Assembly (NCBI RefSeq): GCF_008065095.1
Contig: NZ_CP042911.1
Span: forward strand, 1,560,001 to 1,592,000
Reading direction: 5' to 3'
DNA: 32,000 nucleotides
From: Gemmata obscuriglobus
GTDB lineage: Bacteria; Planctomycetota; Planctomycetia; Gemmatales; Gemmataceae
The notes under the pieces were generated by a model. That model had not been told where the DNA came from. It saw only the letters and a program-made list of their open reading frames with translations, and did not search any database. Both the position numbers and the translations under genes were made by a program. Of this stretch, positions 22,436-31,248 are shown piece by piece. Each line of letters starts with the position of its first letter. The stretch's first letter is position 1.

Positions 22436-23425
22436 TCACCACCGAAAAGCCGCTTGCACCGCCGGGTTCACCACTTTCTCGGTCGGCCACTCACCCCGCC
22501 GGAGCGATGCGATCGCCTCGGCCGCCGACCGCGCCATGTCTTCGAGCGATTGGGTGTCCACGCCCGCGGCGTGCGGCGTCAGCACCACGTTCGGTAACGC
22601 CCGCAGCGGGTTGTCGGCGGGCGTCGGTTCGTCCTCGAACACGTCCAGCAGCGCGCCCCCGAGCCGGCCGCTCTGAAGGGCCGGGACGAGATCGGCCTCG
22701 CGCACCAGCCCGCCGCGCGAGGTGTTCACCAGCACCGCCCCGGGCTTCATCACAGCGATGGTGCTCGCGCGGATGACGTGCCGCGTTTCGGGCGTCAGTG
22801 GGAGGTGCAAGGAAAGGAAATCGGATTCGCCCAGCAGCCGCTCGAAGGGGACGAGTTCGACGCCGGTGGCGGCACAGAACGCGGCGTCGGGGAACGGGTC
22901 GAACGCGATCACCCGCATCTCGAACGCTCGCGCGCGGGTGGCGACCGCTTTTCCGATGCGGCCCAGCCCGGCTAGGCCCAGCGTGCGGCCGCGCAGGGGA
23001 AGGCTCATGAGCCGGTTCCAGCCGCCCGCACTCAGCGCGGCGTGCCGCGCCGGGATGTGCCGCGTGAACCCGAGCATCAGCGCGAACGCGTGCTCGGCCA
23101 CGGAGCCCTGGTTCGTGCCGGGGGCGATCGTGACCGCGACCCCGGCCGCGGTGGCGGCGGCCAGATCGACCGCGTCGTAACCCACGCCCACCCGCGCGAT
23201 CACCCGGAGCTGCGGGTTGGCGGCGAACACGCGCGGGTTGTACGCTTCCGAGCCGGCGATGACCGCTTCGACACCGTGAAGGGCGGCGATCAGTTCCGAC
23301 TCGGCCGGGAGGTTCGCTTCCGCGGGCGGCAGCGCAACCACTTCCAACCCGGCCTCATCGAGCGGCGCGCGAAACTTGTCCGCGAACTTCGCCACCTCGC
23401 GCGGGGCGATCAGCACTTTGGGCAT
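22436..23425 (-). CDS. D-isomer-specific 2-hydroxyacid dehydrogenase (phosphoglycerate/glyoxylate reductase-like), NAD-binding
   Basis: The family layout is present throughout: VGVGYDAVDLAAATAAGVAVTIAPGTN..VAEHAFALML; the Rossmann motif GRTLGLAGLGRIGKAVA; and LVNTSRGGLVREADLVPAL..G.LGGALLDVFEDEP...LPNVVLTPHAAG. Confidence 0.9.
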   Translation of the reverse strand: MPKVLIAPREVAKFADKFRAPLDEAGLEVVALPPAEANLPAESELIAALHGVEAVIAGSEAYNPRVFAANPQLRVIARVGVGYDAVDLAAATAAGVAVTIAPGTNQGSVAEHAFALMLGFTRHIPARHAALSAGGWNRLMSLPLRGRTLGLAGLGRIGKAVATRARAFEMRVIAFDPFPDAAFCAATGVELVPFERLLGESDFLSLHLPLTPETRHVIRASTIAVMKPGAVLVNTSRGGLVREADLVPALQSGRLGGALLDVFEDEPTPADNPLRALPNVVLTPHAAGVDTQSLEDMARSAAEAIASLRRGEWPTEKVVNPAVQAAFRW

Positions 23426-23470
23426 GGACGGTTCCGAGAGGGGAGGGCAGGAGGACTCACCACGTGAGTT

Positions 23471-24865
23471 TTAGTGCTCCGCCCGGCCTTCCGTCACGGT
23501 CTCGCCGGCCAGGGCCTCTTCGGCCGCGCGGTGTCGGGTCAGTACGTAGGCTTGCGGGAAGAAACCGGCGGCGAAGATGAGGGCGGTGAGCGTCAGCACG
23601 GCGACCCGCTCGCGCGTCGTGATGCCCACCGGCACCCCCGGCGTGTACCGCGCCCCGGTGAAGAGCGCGAAGTACGCCCGCAGCACCGCCACCCCGTTCA
23701 GCGCCGCCGCGCCCACCACCACCAGCCCCACGAACAGGTTCGTCTCGACGGCGCCGTCCACCAGCAGTTCGGCCGCGATGAACCCGGACATGCCCGGGAA
23801 CCCCACGCTCGCCAGCCCGGTCAGGAGGAAGCACACCGCCAGCGCCGGCGACGCGGCGTACAGCCCGCGGAACTCGGACAGCGTCAGCCGGCCGAACCGC
23901 GCCTCCAGCGCGCGGAGCGTCAGCCCGAACCCGCCCAGGGACACCATCACCGACCCCCACAGGGCCAGCGCGCCCGTCAGGCTGATCGAGGTGTGCAGCT
24001 CCAGCCCCACCAGCACCAGGGACGCGTGGCTCAGAAACAGGTACGCGAAGAACCGCCGCGCGTCGGCCTGCACCACCGCCATGCCGGCCGCGTACACCGC
24101 GGTCGCCAGCGACACGATGCCGACCGCTTGCAGCACCCACTCCGGCGGGTGGAGCGGGAGCACCAACCGCAGCGCCGCGTACATCCCGGTGATCGGCGCC
24201 ACGAACAGGAGCGCCCCGCCGAACGAGCAGTTCTCGAACAGGTCGGTCACCCACACGTGAACCGGGCACGTGCCGCTGCGCACCAGTACGGCGCCCATGA
24301 GCAGAACCGCGGCCAGCGCGGACGCGTCGATCGCGCGCGCCAGGAGGCCGGTCACGAGCAGGGCCGCGAACAGGGCCATGTGGACCGCGTACACCCGCAC
24401 CGGCCGGCCGCGCCGGCGGAGCTCGAAGTACGCCGGGGCCACCCCCAGGAGCAGCAGCACGCCCAGGTCCCACGGCTCGCGGCACGAGAACGCGGCCACC
24501 CGCAGGGCCGCGCCGGCCAGGAGCCACGCGAACGAGAACCGCGTCATCTTGGTGCGGGCGGTGGCGAGGGCCGTGAGAAAGTGCAGCAGCGCCACGAGCG
24601 GCACCAGCGGCGCGCTCAGGGCGTCGAGGGTGAACACCGGCCGGCCGAACAGCTTCGGCAGAACGGCGGCGGGGCTGCTCCCGTCGGCCGCCCAGCCGAA
24701 CGCGAACCCGGCCCAGGCGGCGACCGCGCACGCCAGCCCCGCGCCCATGAACGCGAGGCACCAGCGCGACGCGACCCGGACATCGCGGACGCGCGAAAGG
24801 CACAGCGCGCCGGCGAGCGGGACCGCGACCGCGCACTCCAGCCACGGGACGGATCCGAACGTCAT
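23471..24865 (-). CDS. Second proton-conducting antiporter-like membrane subunit (PF00361, NuoM/NuoN/MrpD-like), divergent
   Basis: The protein is 464 aa and multi-pass. The start ATG overlaps the dabB stop (ATGA at 24862-24865). NuoM/N-like blocks include LDALSAPLVPLVALLHFL and FFAYLFLSHASLVLVGL. Key motifs are degenerate: REPWDLGVLLL instead of the WE..G block, and VRSGTCPVHVWVTDLFEN instead of GKSAq.PfH.WLPdAMegPTP. Confidence 0.85.
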   Translation of the reverse strand: MTFGSVPWLECAVAVPLAGALCLSRVRDVRVASRWCLAFMGAGLACAVAAWAGFAFGWAADGSSPAAVLPKLFGRPVFTLDALSAPLVPLVALLHFLTALATARTKMTRFSFAWLLAGAALRVAAFSCREPWDLGVLLLLGVAPAYFELRRRGRPVRVYAVHMALFAALLVTGLLARAIDASALAAVLLMGAVLVRSGTCPVHVWVTDLFENCSFGGALLFVAPITGMYAALRLVLPLHPPEWVLQAVGIVSLATAVYAAGMAVVQADARRFFAYLFLSHASLVLVGLELHTSISLTGALALWGSVMVSLGGFGLTLRALEARFGRLTLSEFRGLYAASPALAVCFLLTGLASVGFPGMSGFIAAELLVDGAVETNLFVGLVVVGAAALNGVAVLRAYFALFTGARYTPGVPVGITTRERVAVLTLTALIFAAGFFPQAYVLTRHRAAEEALAGETVTEGRAEH

Positions 24866-26343
24866 GATCCACTCTCCACGGCTTCGGGCGCGGGCGGTGC
24901 TGGGGCGAGGGCAGGGGCGGGGCGCTCATCGGGAGGGGGCTTCGGAAGCGCCGGCCGGGCGGGCGCGTCCGAAGCCCCCTCCTGGTTCAGGAACGCCGTC
25001 CACTGCCGCTCCCACCGGTCGAACAGCTTGAACAGCTTCACGAACGGCGCCGCGACGTAGTCACCGAGGACCGCGTCCAGGTACCCGCGCTCGAGCGCGA
25101 ACCGGTACAGCCAGGCGCGCCACCGGCCCGGCGCCACCGCGAGCGGCCCCGCCTGCTGCGGCAACCGGGCGCCCAGCGCGTTCTCCAGCTCCCGGTAGTC
25201 GCGCAGCAGCGACGGCGCCCGCACGAACTGGAGGGTCCGCAGGCACGCGTGCCCGAGCAGGTGCGTGAGCGCGACGTACCACATGAACGGCTCCCAGTGC
25301 CCGGCCCCGATCTCCGCGACGATCAGCCCCACCTGGGAGAGCGACGCGAACGACAGGGCGCTCTTGATGTCCGTTTGCACCGTGCCGGCGAGGTGGGCGT
25401 AGAGCGCGGTCAGCAGCCCCACCGCCACGATCGCGACGGCCAGCGGCGGCGACACCGCGATCAGCGGGCTGAGCCGCAGGAGCAGGAACGCCCCGAGGTG
25501 CACCGACAGCGCGCCGTAGAACACCGCGCTCGACGGGGTCGGGCCTTCCATCGCCCGCGGCAGCCAGCCCGAGAACGGCACCAGCGCCGACTTCCCCATC
25601 GCGGCCAGCAGCAGCAGCGAGCCGATCAGGAGCGCCTGCCCCTCGGTCAGCGTCGTCTGCCCGTCCGGCCACGACCGGGCGGCCATGAGCTTGTCGAAGT
25701 CGCCTTCGCCGGTCATGTGGTGCAGCGCGACCGCGGCGAACAGCAGGGCCGCGTCCGAGACGCGGTACACGATCCACACCCGGAACCCGTTCCGCGCCGG
25801 GTTGGCCCGCTCCTGGAAGAACGCCACCAGGAGCGCGCTCGACAGCCCGACCAGTTCCCAGCCCGCGAACAGCGTTTCGATCGTGTCGGCCAGCGACGCG
25901 GTCACCATCCCGGCCAGGAACACGGAGAACAGCACGAAGAAGCGGTTGTACCCCGGCTCGCGGTGCAGGTACCGGGTCGCGAACGCGGCGATCGTGCCGC
26001 ACAGCGCGAACGACAGCAGCGCGAGCGGCACCGACAGCCGGTCGAACTCGAACTTGATCGCGAAGTGGTAGTGCCCGTGGTCCGCGCCCCCGTGCGAGGC
26101 GATCGTCACCCAGTTGCCCAGGTTCACCACCAAATGCCGCTCGCCGGTGGCCAGCATCACCAGGAGCACCCCGAGCGTGGCCGCGAGCCCGGTCGCGATG
26201 AGGCACCGGCACGCGCGGTCGGCCGCGCGCTCGGTCACCGGCGCGCCGGCCAGCGCCGGCAGCCCCAAAATGACCACCAGAGCGAACGGGCACAGGATCG
26301 CGAGCGCCCCGAGGAACGACCCGAACTGGGCGAGGTCAGACAT
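24862..26343 (-). CDS. dabB: DabB-like proton-conducting membrane subunit (NuoL/MrpA family, PF00361)
   Basis: The start ATG lies inside the last codons of dabA (ATGTCTGA, 26336-26343). Canonical motifs are FAGWELVGLSSALLV and GKSALVPFSGWLPRAMEGPTPSSAVFYGALSVHLGAFLLLRL. The C-terminal ~100 aa are amphipathic and then Pro/Ala-rich. Confidence 0.85.
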   Translation of the reverse strand: MSDLAQFGSFLGALAILCPFALVVILGLPALAGAPVTERAADRACRCLIATGLAATLGVLLVMLATGERHLVVNLGNWVTIASHGGADHGHYHFAIKFEFDRLSVPLALLSFALCGTIAAFATRYLHREPGYNRFFVLFSVFLAGMVTASLADTIETLFAGWELVGLSSALLVAFFQERANPARNGFRVWIVYRVSDAALLFAAVALHHMTGEGDFDKLMAARSWPDGQTTLTEGQALLIGSLLLLAAMGKSALVPFSGWLPRAMEGPTPSSAVFYGALSVHLGAFLLLRLSPLIAVSPPLAVAIVAVGLLTALYAHLAGTVQTDIKSALSFASLSQVGLIVAEIGAGHWEPFMWYVALTHLLGHACLRTLQFVRAPSLLRDYRELENALGARLPQQAGPLAVAPGRWRAWLYRFALERGYLDAVLGDYVAAPFVKLFKLFDRWERQWTAFLNQEGASDAPARPALPKPPPDERPAPALAPAPPAPEAVESGS

Positions 26344-29300
26344 GCTCCACCCCCGCCGCGCCGGGGGCGATCTCGGCGAACTCCAGGTGCTCGCGCCAGC
26401 CGCGGTACCAGTCCGCGGACGAGGCCGCCGCCGGCAGCGCGTCGGCCGTCGGCGCGTAGTCGCGGAACGCCCCGTCGCGGAACACCTTGAGCGTGTTGTC
26501 CGTCGGGGAGAGGACCGCGAGCTGCACCCAGCCGTTCTCGGTCATCGACCGCCCCATCGGGTTCCCGTCGAGCACCTTCTGCATGATGTCCACAGTGGTT
26601 TCGCACACGATGAGGAGCCGCACCGGCTCGTGGATCTCGACCATCTGCCACGGCAGGCCGGTGCGCAGGTCGCTGGCGGCCCCGTCCATCACCCCCAGCA
26701 GCGCGGTGATGTTGTGCGGGAGCTTGGTGCCGCACCCGTACCCCGGCGAGTCGACGTGCGAGAAGAAGTACTCCAGGTTGATCCCGCCGCACACCGGGAA
26801 CACCGCGGCCATCGTGCGGGCCAGGACCGTCCCGTGCGCGTCGTCCCGGGTCGGGTCGTAGGCGGTGAGGAACGCCCGGCGGTCCAGGAACAGCCCGCGG
26901 GTCCGCTCGCGCCGCCCCACGACGCACAGGGCGTTGGTCGCGTGCCCGAGTTCGGGCCGCGTCTGGGCCAGGTCCTCGCTCCGCCCCTCCACGTGCCGCA
27001 GGGCGTCCTGCGGGGAGAGCGTCAGCGGGGCCGACATGAACCGGCGGCACCGCTCGTGGGCGTTGCGGGCGCACGTCTGCTCGATGTCGCGGCCCGCCGC
27101 CCGGAGCGCGTCGCGGTGCGTGTCGGGCACGCCCTCGGTGTCGAGCAGCGTGACCGAGTCGTCACAGGTGTTGTGGTACCCGCCCACGAACCACGTCTCC
27201 GCCGGGATCGCGATCCCGTTTTGCGCCAGTCTGGCGCGGACCCGGGCGTCGTTGAGGATGGCGGCGGCGGCGCGGCCGTTCGGCGCCCCGGGGCTGCCGC
27301 CGCAGGCGCCGCAGTCGTAGGCCGATTTGTGCGGGTTGTTGAAGCTGTTCGACCCGTGCCCGATCACGAACACCAGCCGCGCGAACCCGTCCACCAGCCC
27401 GATGTCGCGCAGCAGCCGCTCGGCCTGTGTCGCCATCTCCGGCACCGTGAACCCCAGGTGCCCGGGCGCGCCCGCCGGGGCGCACTCCGGGGCGCGCTCG
27501 AGCCGGAGCGCCGTACCGGGCTCGCGCGCGACGAACTTGCCGAGCCGGCCGCGGAGCCGGGCCGTGAGCCGGGGGAAGAGGATGCGCAGCACGAGCGGGA
27601 CCGAGGCCAGCACGCCGAGCGTGGCGGTCAGCAGCGCCCCGACGGCGAAGGTCCGCGTGCCCACGTGCGCCCGGTGCGACACGGACCCGAGCAGCCGCCG
27701 CGTCTGCTTCAGCCGCCGGGCCTTCTCCTCCTCCGCGCCCGTGGGCCGCTCTTCGACCCAGTGGGCCGGGGTGAGCACGATCGGGCACAGCGGCACGAAG
27801 TGCGCGTCGCCGGCGCCCTTGTAGTACATGGGCACCGCGAAGAACCCCGCGGCCCCGAACGTCTCGCAGTCGGGCGCGACCTCTTCGAGGTGCCGCCGGA
27901 ACGACTCCTCGCGCTCGTCCAGGCAGGTGATCGCCTGGAACCGCGGCCCCCGGGGCTTCTGCGGCGCGTGGAGGGCGAGGGCGTCGAGGCACTGCTCGCG
28001 GAACCGGCGCTCGTAGGCGAGGTGGAACGCGCGGCGCCGGGCAAGTGCCGGGAACCCGTCGACCTCCGCGAACAGCGCGGCCCACCCGTCCGGCCCGAGG
28101 GCCGCCAGCTCGCCGGCACCCCAGCCGAGGAGCTGCGCGAGCTGGAACACCGGAAACGCCCGCTCGTCTTCGCCCCGCGGGCCGCCGGGCTTCGCGGCGG
28201 CCCGGAGCCGCTCGCGGAGCCGCGCCAGCGGGCCGGTGTCGCCGAGCGATTCGCGGGCCGCGTAAGCCGCCGCGTGCTTCTCGAGTAACAGCCGCACCGC
28301 CACGAATTCGACCAGGCTCCCGCCCGGCACCGGGAGCGCGACCCGGTCGCCGCGGGTCTCGACCTGGTGCACCATCCCGGCCCACCCGCGGAGCGGGAGC
28401 AGCGTCGCGCCGACGAAGGCGTCCCACTCGCTTTCGGGCACGCCCAGCGCGGCGAGGGCGTCGCACGCCGCCGCCGCCGGGTCGGTGCCGGCCGCGAGCA
28501 GCGCCCTGGCCTCGGCCGGCAGACCGGCCATCCACCGGTCCGGCGGGCCGCCGGAGTGCGAGTACAGCGCGCAGAAGGATTTGAAGTAGCCCAGCTCGCG
28601 GCCCGGCAGCGGCCAGTGCGAGACGCCCTGATCGAGGAACGCCGCGGTGAACCGGGTCAGCACGTCGTGGACCCACAGGTCCGTGTCCGCGGCGCCGGCC
28701 CGGAGCAGCAGGTCGCGGTGCCGGATCGGGGGCGGCGCGGGCGCTTGGGTGTCCGCGGTGGCGCGGGCGCCTTCGCGGCACAGCGCCCACAGCGCCTCGA
28801 GCGCGAACGCCTCCCACGTCGCCTCGGGCCACGTCTCAATGCCCGCGAGGCCGAACCGCGCGAACAGGTCGCGCATCCAGGCGGGGTTGGTGCCGTTGCG
28901 CCCGCGGAGGTCGCGCATCACCCAGCGCCGGGTCTCGGACACGAGCCGCCCCCGCGCCGCGGCCGACGCCTCCGGCCGCACCCGGGTCAGCGCGTCCGTC
29001 TCGGCGATCAGCCACCGCAGCTCGTCGGCCGTTCCGCCCGCCAGCGGGTACTGCAGCATGGCCAGGCGCAGGTCGAGCCGCGTGCCGTGCGGCTTCACCG
29101 GGGCGAGCGCGAGGCCCCCGAGGTCGTCGGCCAGCACCTCGCGCAGGTCCGAGAACCGGATGCGCCCTTTCGCGAGCGCGTCCCGGTACCGCGCCTCCGT
29201 CAGGTACGGCTCGCACCCGAACACCGCGGCGCCATGGGCCACGGCCGTCTCGAACGGCAGCGCCTCGAACGCGTGGAGCGTGTTGTGGTGGATGAAGACG

Positions 29301-29428
29301 TTGATCGGCCCCTGCGCGGGCAGCAGGTGCGCGCCGTGCTCAACCGCGGCCCTGAAGCGGTCCGCAGGTGTGCTGGTGTGCCCGTCGCGCGGCGCGTGGT
29401 CCGGGTGATGTAGGTCCTTCACGACCAC
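26336..29428 (-). CDS. dabA: DabA-like protein (DUF2309/UPF0753, PF10070), the beta-carbonic-anhydrase-like subunit of DAB inorganic-carbon pumps
   Basis: The N-terminal block is HLLPAQGPINVFIHHNTLHAFEALPFE. ITCLDEREESFRRHLEE provides Cys-x-Asp (27917-27925). VIGHGSNSFNNPHKSAYDCGACGG provides His-x15-Cys (27311-27358). The start is uncertain: GTG at 29428 or 29422 is preferred because a sigma-54-type promoter sits at 29476-29491. The ORF track's ATG at 29524 is the alternative. Confidence 0.85.
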   Translation of the reverse strand: MVVKDLHHPDHAPRDGHTSTPADRFRAAVEHGAHLLPAQGPINVFIHHNTLHAFEALPFETAVAHGAAVFGCEPYLTEARYRDALAKGRIRFSDLREVLADDLGGLALAPVKPHGTRLDLRLAMLQYPLAGGTADELRWLIAETDALTRVRPEASAAARGRLVSETRRWVMRDLRGRNGTNPAWMRDLFARFGLAGIETWPEATWEAFALEALWALCREGARATADTQAPAPPPIRHRDLLLRAGAADTDLWVHDVLTRFTAAFLDQGVSHWPLPGRELGYFKSFCALYSHSGGPPDRWMAGLPAEARALLAAGTDPAAAACDALAALGVPESEWDAFVGATLLPLRGWAGMVHQVETRGDRVALPVPGGSLVEFVAVRLLLEKHAAAYAARESLGDTGPLARLRERLRAAAKPGGPRGEDERAFPVFQLAQLLGWGAGELAALGPDGWAALFAEVDGFPALARRRAFHLAYERRFREQCLDALALHAPQKPRGPRFQAITCLDEREESFRRHLEEVAPDCETFGAAGFFAVPMYYKGAGDAHFVPLCPIVLTPAHWVEERPTGAEEEKARRLKQTRRLLGSVSHRAHVGTRTFAVGALLTATLGVLASVPLVLRILFPRLTARLRGRLGKFVAREPGTALRLERAPECAPAGAPGHLGFTVPEMATQAERLLRDIGLVDGFARLVFVIGHGSNSFNNPHKSAYDCGACGGSPGAPNGRAAAAILNDARVRARLAQNGIAIPAETWFVGGYHNTCDDSVTLLDTEGVPDTHRDALRAAGRDIEQTCARNAHERCRRFMSAPLTLSPQDALRHVEGRSEDLAQTRPELGHATNALCVVGRRERTRGLFLDRRAFLTAYDPTRDDAHGTVLARTMAAVFPVCGGINLEYFFSHVDSPGYGCGTKLPHNITALLGVMDGAASDLRTGLPWQMVEIHEPVRLLIVCETTVDIMQKVLDGNPMGRSMTENGWVQLAVLSPTDNTLKVFRDGAFRDYAPTADALPAAASSADWYRGWREHLEFAEIAPGAAGVEHV

Positions 29429-29475
29429 CAGTGTACTCGCCTGGGCATAAATTGGTGTATGGGGGTAATGTGGCA

Positions 29476-29491
29476 CGCAATTGGCGTGCCG
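29476..29491 (-). promoter_or_regulatory. Candidate sigma-54 (-24/-12) promoter directed into dabA, embedded in a palindrome
   Basis: The minus strand reads CGGCACGCCAATTGCG, which is GG-N10-GC in the context of the TGGCACG-N4-TTGCW consensus. It is part of the palindrome ggcacgc-aattg-gcgtgcc (29472-29490). A sigma-54-dependent activator gene lies 1.8 kb away on the divergent strand. Confidence 0.5.
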
Positions 29492-29584
29492 GCGCGCTGC
29501 GTGCTGGATGGGGCCGTTGTTCACGTTCGGCCCGTGCGAAGTCTACAGGACTTCGGGTCACAAGTCGTCAGGTCCGCAAGTCGT

Positions 29585-29622
29585 AACGTCACAAACCATT
29601 CTCTCACCGGATTTGTAACGTT
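29585..29622. promoter_or_regulatory. Candidate activator-binding inverted repeat in the dabA / sensor-kinase divergent spacer
   Basis: The half-sites are aacgtCacaaa (29585-29595) and tttgtAacgtt (29612-29622), matching at 10 of 11 positions and separated by 16 bp. The repeat sits ~100-135 bp upstream of the putative -24/-12 element in a locally AT-richer stretch. Confidence 0.3.
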
Positions 29623-29778
29623 GCGGCCGACTTTCGACGATCGGACTTTTGACCCGAAGCCCCAACGGCTCGCCCGAGAACGTTTCCCGTTTTGCATGAG
29701 CGTCTGTCCTTCGTGCTGGTCGCGCGGGCGCCACCCTGGTCGCCCGGCGGCCAGCGGCCGAATCCGAAAGGGCCACCC

Positions 29779-31230
29779 ATGAACGCACTCCGCTGGCGGT
29801 TCCTGTGGCCGGTGCTGCTCGGCACGCTGTGCCTCGTCGCCCTGTGCGCGTTCGCCGCGGTGTCGCTGTTCCACCAGCAGGTGACCATCACCGGGGTGCT
29901 GCGCGAGAACGTGTCCAGCCGGCGGGCGGCGTCCGACCTGCGCGGGTGCCTGAACACGCTGATCGCCCTCGAGAGCAACCAGATCGAGTCGGTCACGGAC
30001 CTGCACGCCCGCGCCCTGGTCCACCTCGCCGACATCCGCCAGCTCGCCAACCACCCGCGCGAGCAGGACCTGTCCGCCCAGCTCGACGACGGGTTCGCCC
30101 GGTACCTGAAACTGTGGGAGTCGATGCCCCCGAAGGGGGCGCCCGAGCACGCCCGGCAGGTCGAGGCGGCGACCCAGTTCCTCGAGGCGAACGTGCTGTA
30201 CCCGTGCCGCGACATCGAGGCGTTCAACGACCAGCGGGTCGAGGAGACCACCTCCCAGCACGAGCGGGTGCTGAGCCGGCTCGCGTGGGGCATGGCGGTG
30301 GTCGCGGGGCTCGGGGCGGTCGCCGGGGTGGTGTTCGGGTACGGCGTCGCCCGGCTCCTGAGCCAGTCGATCCGGCGGCTCCAGGTGCAGATCCGCGACG
30401 CGGCCGGGAAGCTCGGGCCGAACCAGCCCGAGATCCTGCTGACGGGCGACCCCGGGTTCGGCGGCCTGCACGACGAGCTGGAGTCCCTCACGGCGCGCAT
30501 CGAGGGCGTCATGCAGGCGCTCCACGAGCGCGAGCTGGAGGTGATCCGCTCCGAGCACCTGGCGGCGGTGGGGCAGCTCGCCGCGGGCGTCGGGCATGAG
30601 ATCCGGAACCCGCTCACCTCCATCAAGATGCTGGTGCAGACGGGGCTGGAGGGCGCCGCCCCGCCGCTGTCGGCCGAGGACCTGCGGATCATCGAGTCCG
30701 AGATCCGGCGCATGGAGCGGTCCCTCCAGACGTTCCTGGAGTTCGCCCGGCCGCCCAAGCTGGAGCGCCGGCCGACCGACCTGGGCGCCGTGCTCGAGTC
30801 GGTCCTCGGGCTGGTCCGGGGGCGCGCCGAGCAGCAGCGCGTGGCCACCCGGCTGGAGCTGCCCGGCCCTCCGGTGGTGCTGACCGCCGACGCGGGGCAG
30901 CTCCAGCAGGTGTTCGTGAACCTGGTGCTCAACGCCCTCGACGTGATGCCCACCGGCGGGGCGCTGACCGTCCGCGCCCGCGCGGCCGGCGGCGGGATCG
31001 AGGTGGAGGTGTCCGACACCGGCCCGGGAATCAGTAAAACCATGCTGCCGCGGCTGTTCGTGCCGTTCGCGAGCAGCAAAGACACCGGCCTGGGGCTGGG
31101 GCTGGTGATCTCCCGGCGGATCGTGGAAGATCACGGCGGGACCATGAACGCCGGGAACCGCGCGGGCGGCGGGGCCAGCTTCTTCGTTCGGCTCCCCGCC
31201 GGCGCCGGCCGCGAGCCCGCGGCGCCCTGA
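29779..31230 (+). CDS. Membrane sensor histidine kinase (TM, ~150-aa periplasmic helical sensor, TM, HAMP-like, HisKA, HATPase_c), NtrB/ZraS/AtoS-like
   Basis: ATG at 29779 (MNALRWRFLWPVLLGTLCLVALCAFAAVSLF). The second TM helix is LAWGMAVVAGLGAVAGVVFGYGV. The H-box is LAAGVGHEIRNPLTSIKML. The N and G boxes are VNLVLNALDVMP, VSDTGPGI and GLGLGLVISRRIVEDHGG. Confidence 0.9.
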   Translation: MNALRWRFLWPVLLGTLCLVALCAFAAVSLFHQQVTITGVLRENVSSRRAASDLRGCLNTLIALESNQIESVTDLHARALVHLADIRQLANHPREQDLSAQLDDGFARYLKLWESMPPKGAPEHARQVEAATQFLEANVLYPCRDIEAFNDQRVEETTSQHERVLSRLAWGMAVVAGLGAVAGVVFGYGVARLLSQSIRRLQVQIRDAAGKLGPNQPEILLTGDPGFGGLHDELESLTARIEGVMQALHERELEVIRSEHLAAVGQLAAGVGHEIRNPLTSIKMLVQTGLEGAAPPLSAEDLRIIESEIRRMERSLQTFLEFARPPKLERRPTDLGAVLESVLGLVRGRAEQQRVATRLELPGPPVVLTADAGQLQQVFVNLVLNALDVMPTGGALTVRARAAGGGIEVEVSDTGPGISKTMLPRLFVPFASSKDTGLGLGLVISRRIVEDHGGTMNAGNRAGGGASFFVRLPAGAGREPAAP

Positions 31231-31248
31231 ACCCCCTGGTGCGCACCC

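Noticed and set aside
23474-28288. Plus-strand ORFs of 528, 413 and 724 aa opposite the NuoM/N-like, dabB and dabA genes.
   Set aside because: They are extremely Arg/Gly/Pro/Glu/His-rich with no motifs. The minus-strand frames give membrane-protein and DUF2309 sequence.
29429-29524. The ATG at 29524 as the dabA start.
   Set aside because: It would place the palindromic -24/-12-like element and an AT-richer stretch inside the coding region, and the encoded 32 aa are not conserved-looking. I kept it as the alternative because no strong RBS precedes the GTGs at 29428 and 29422.
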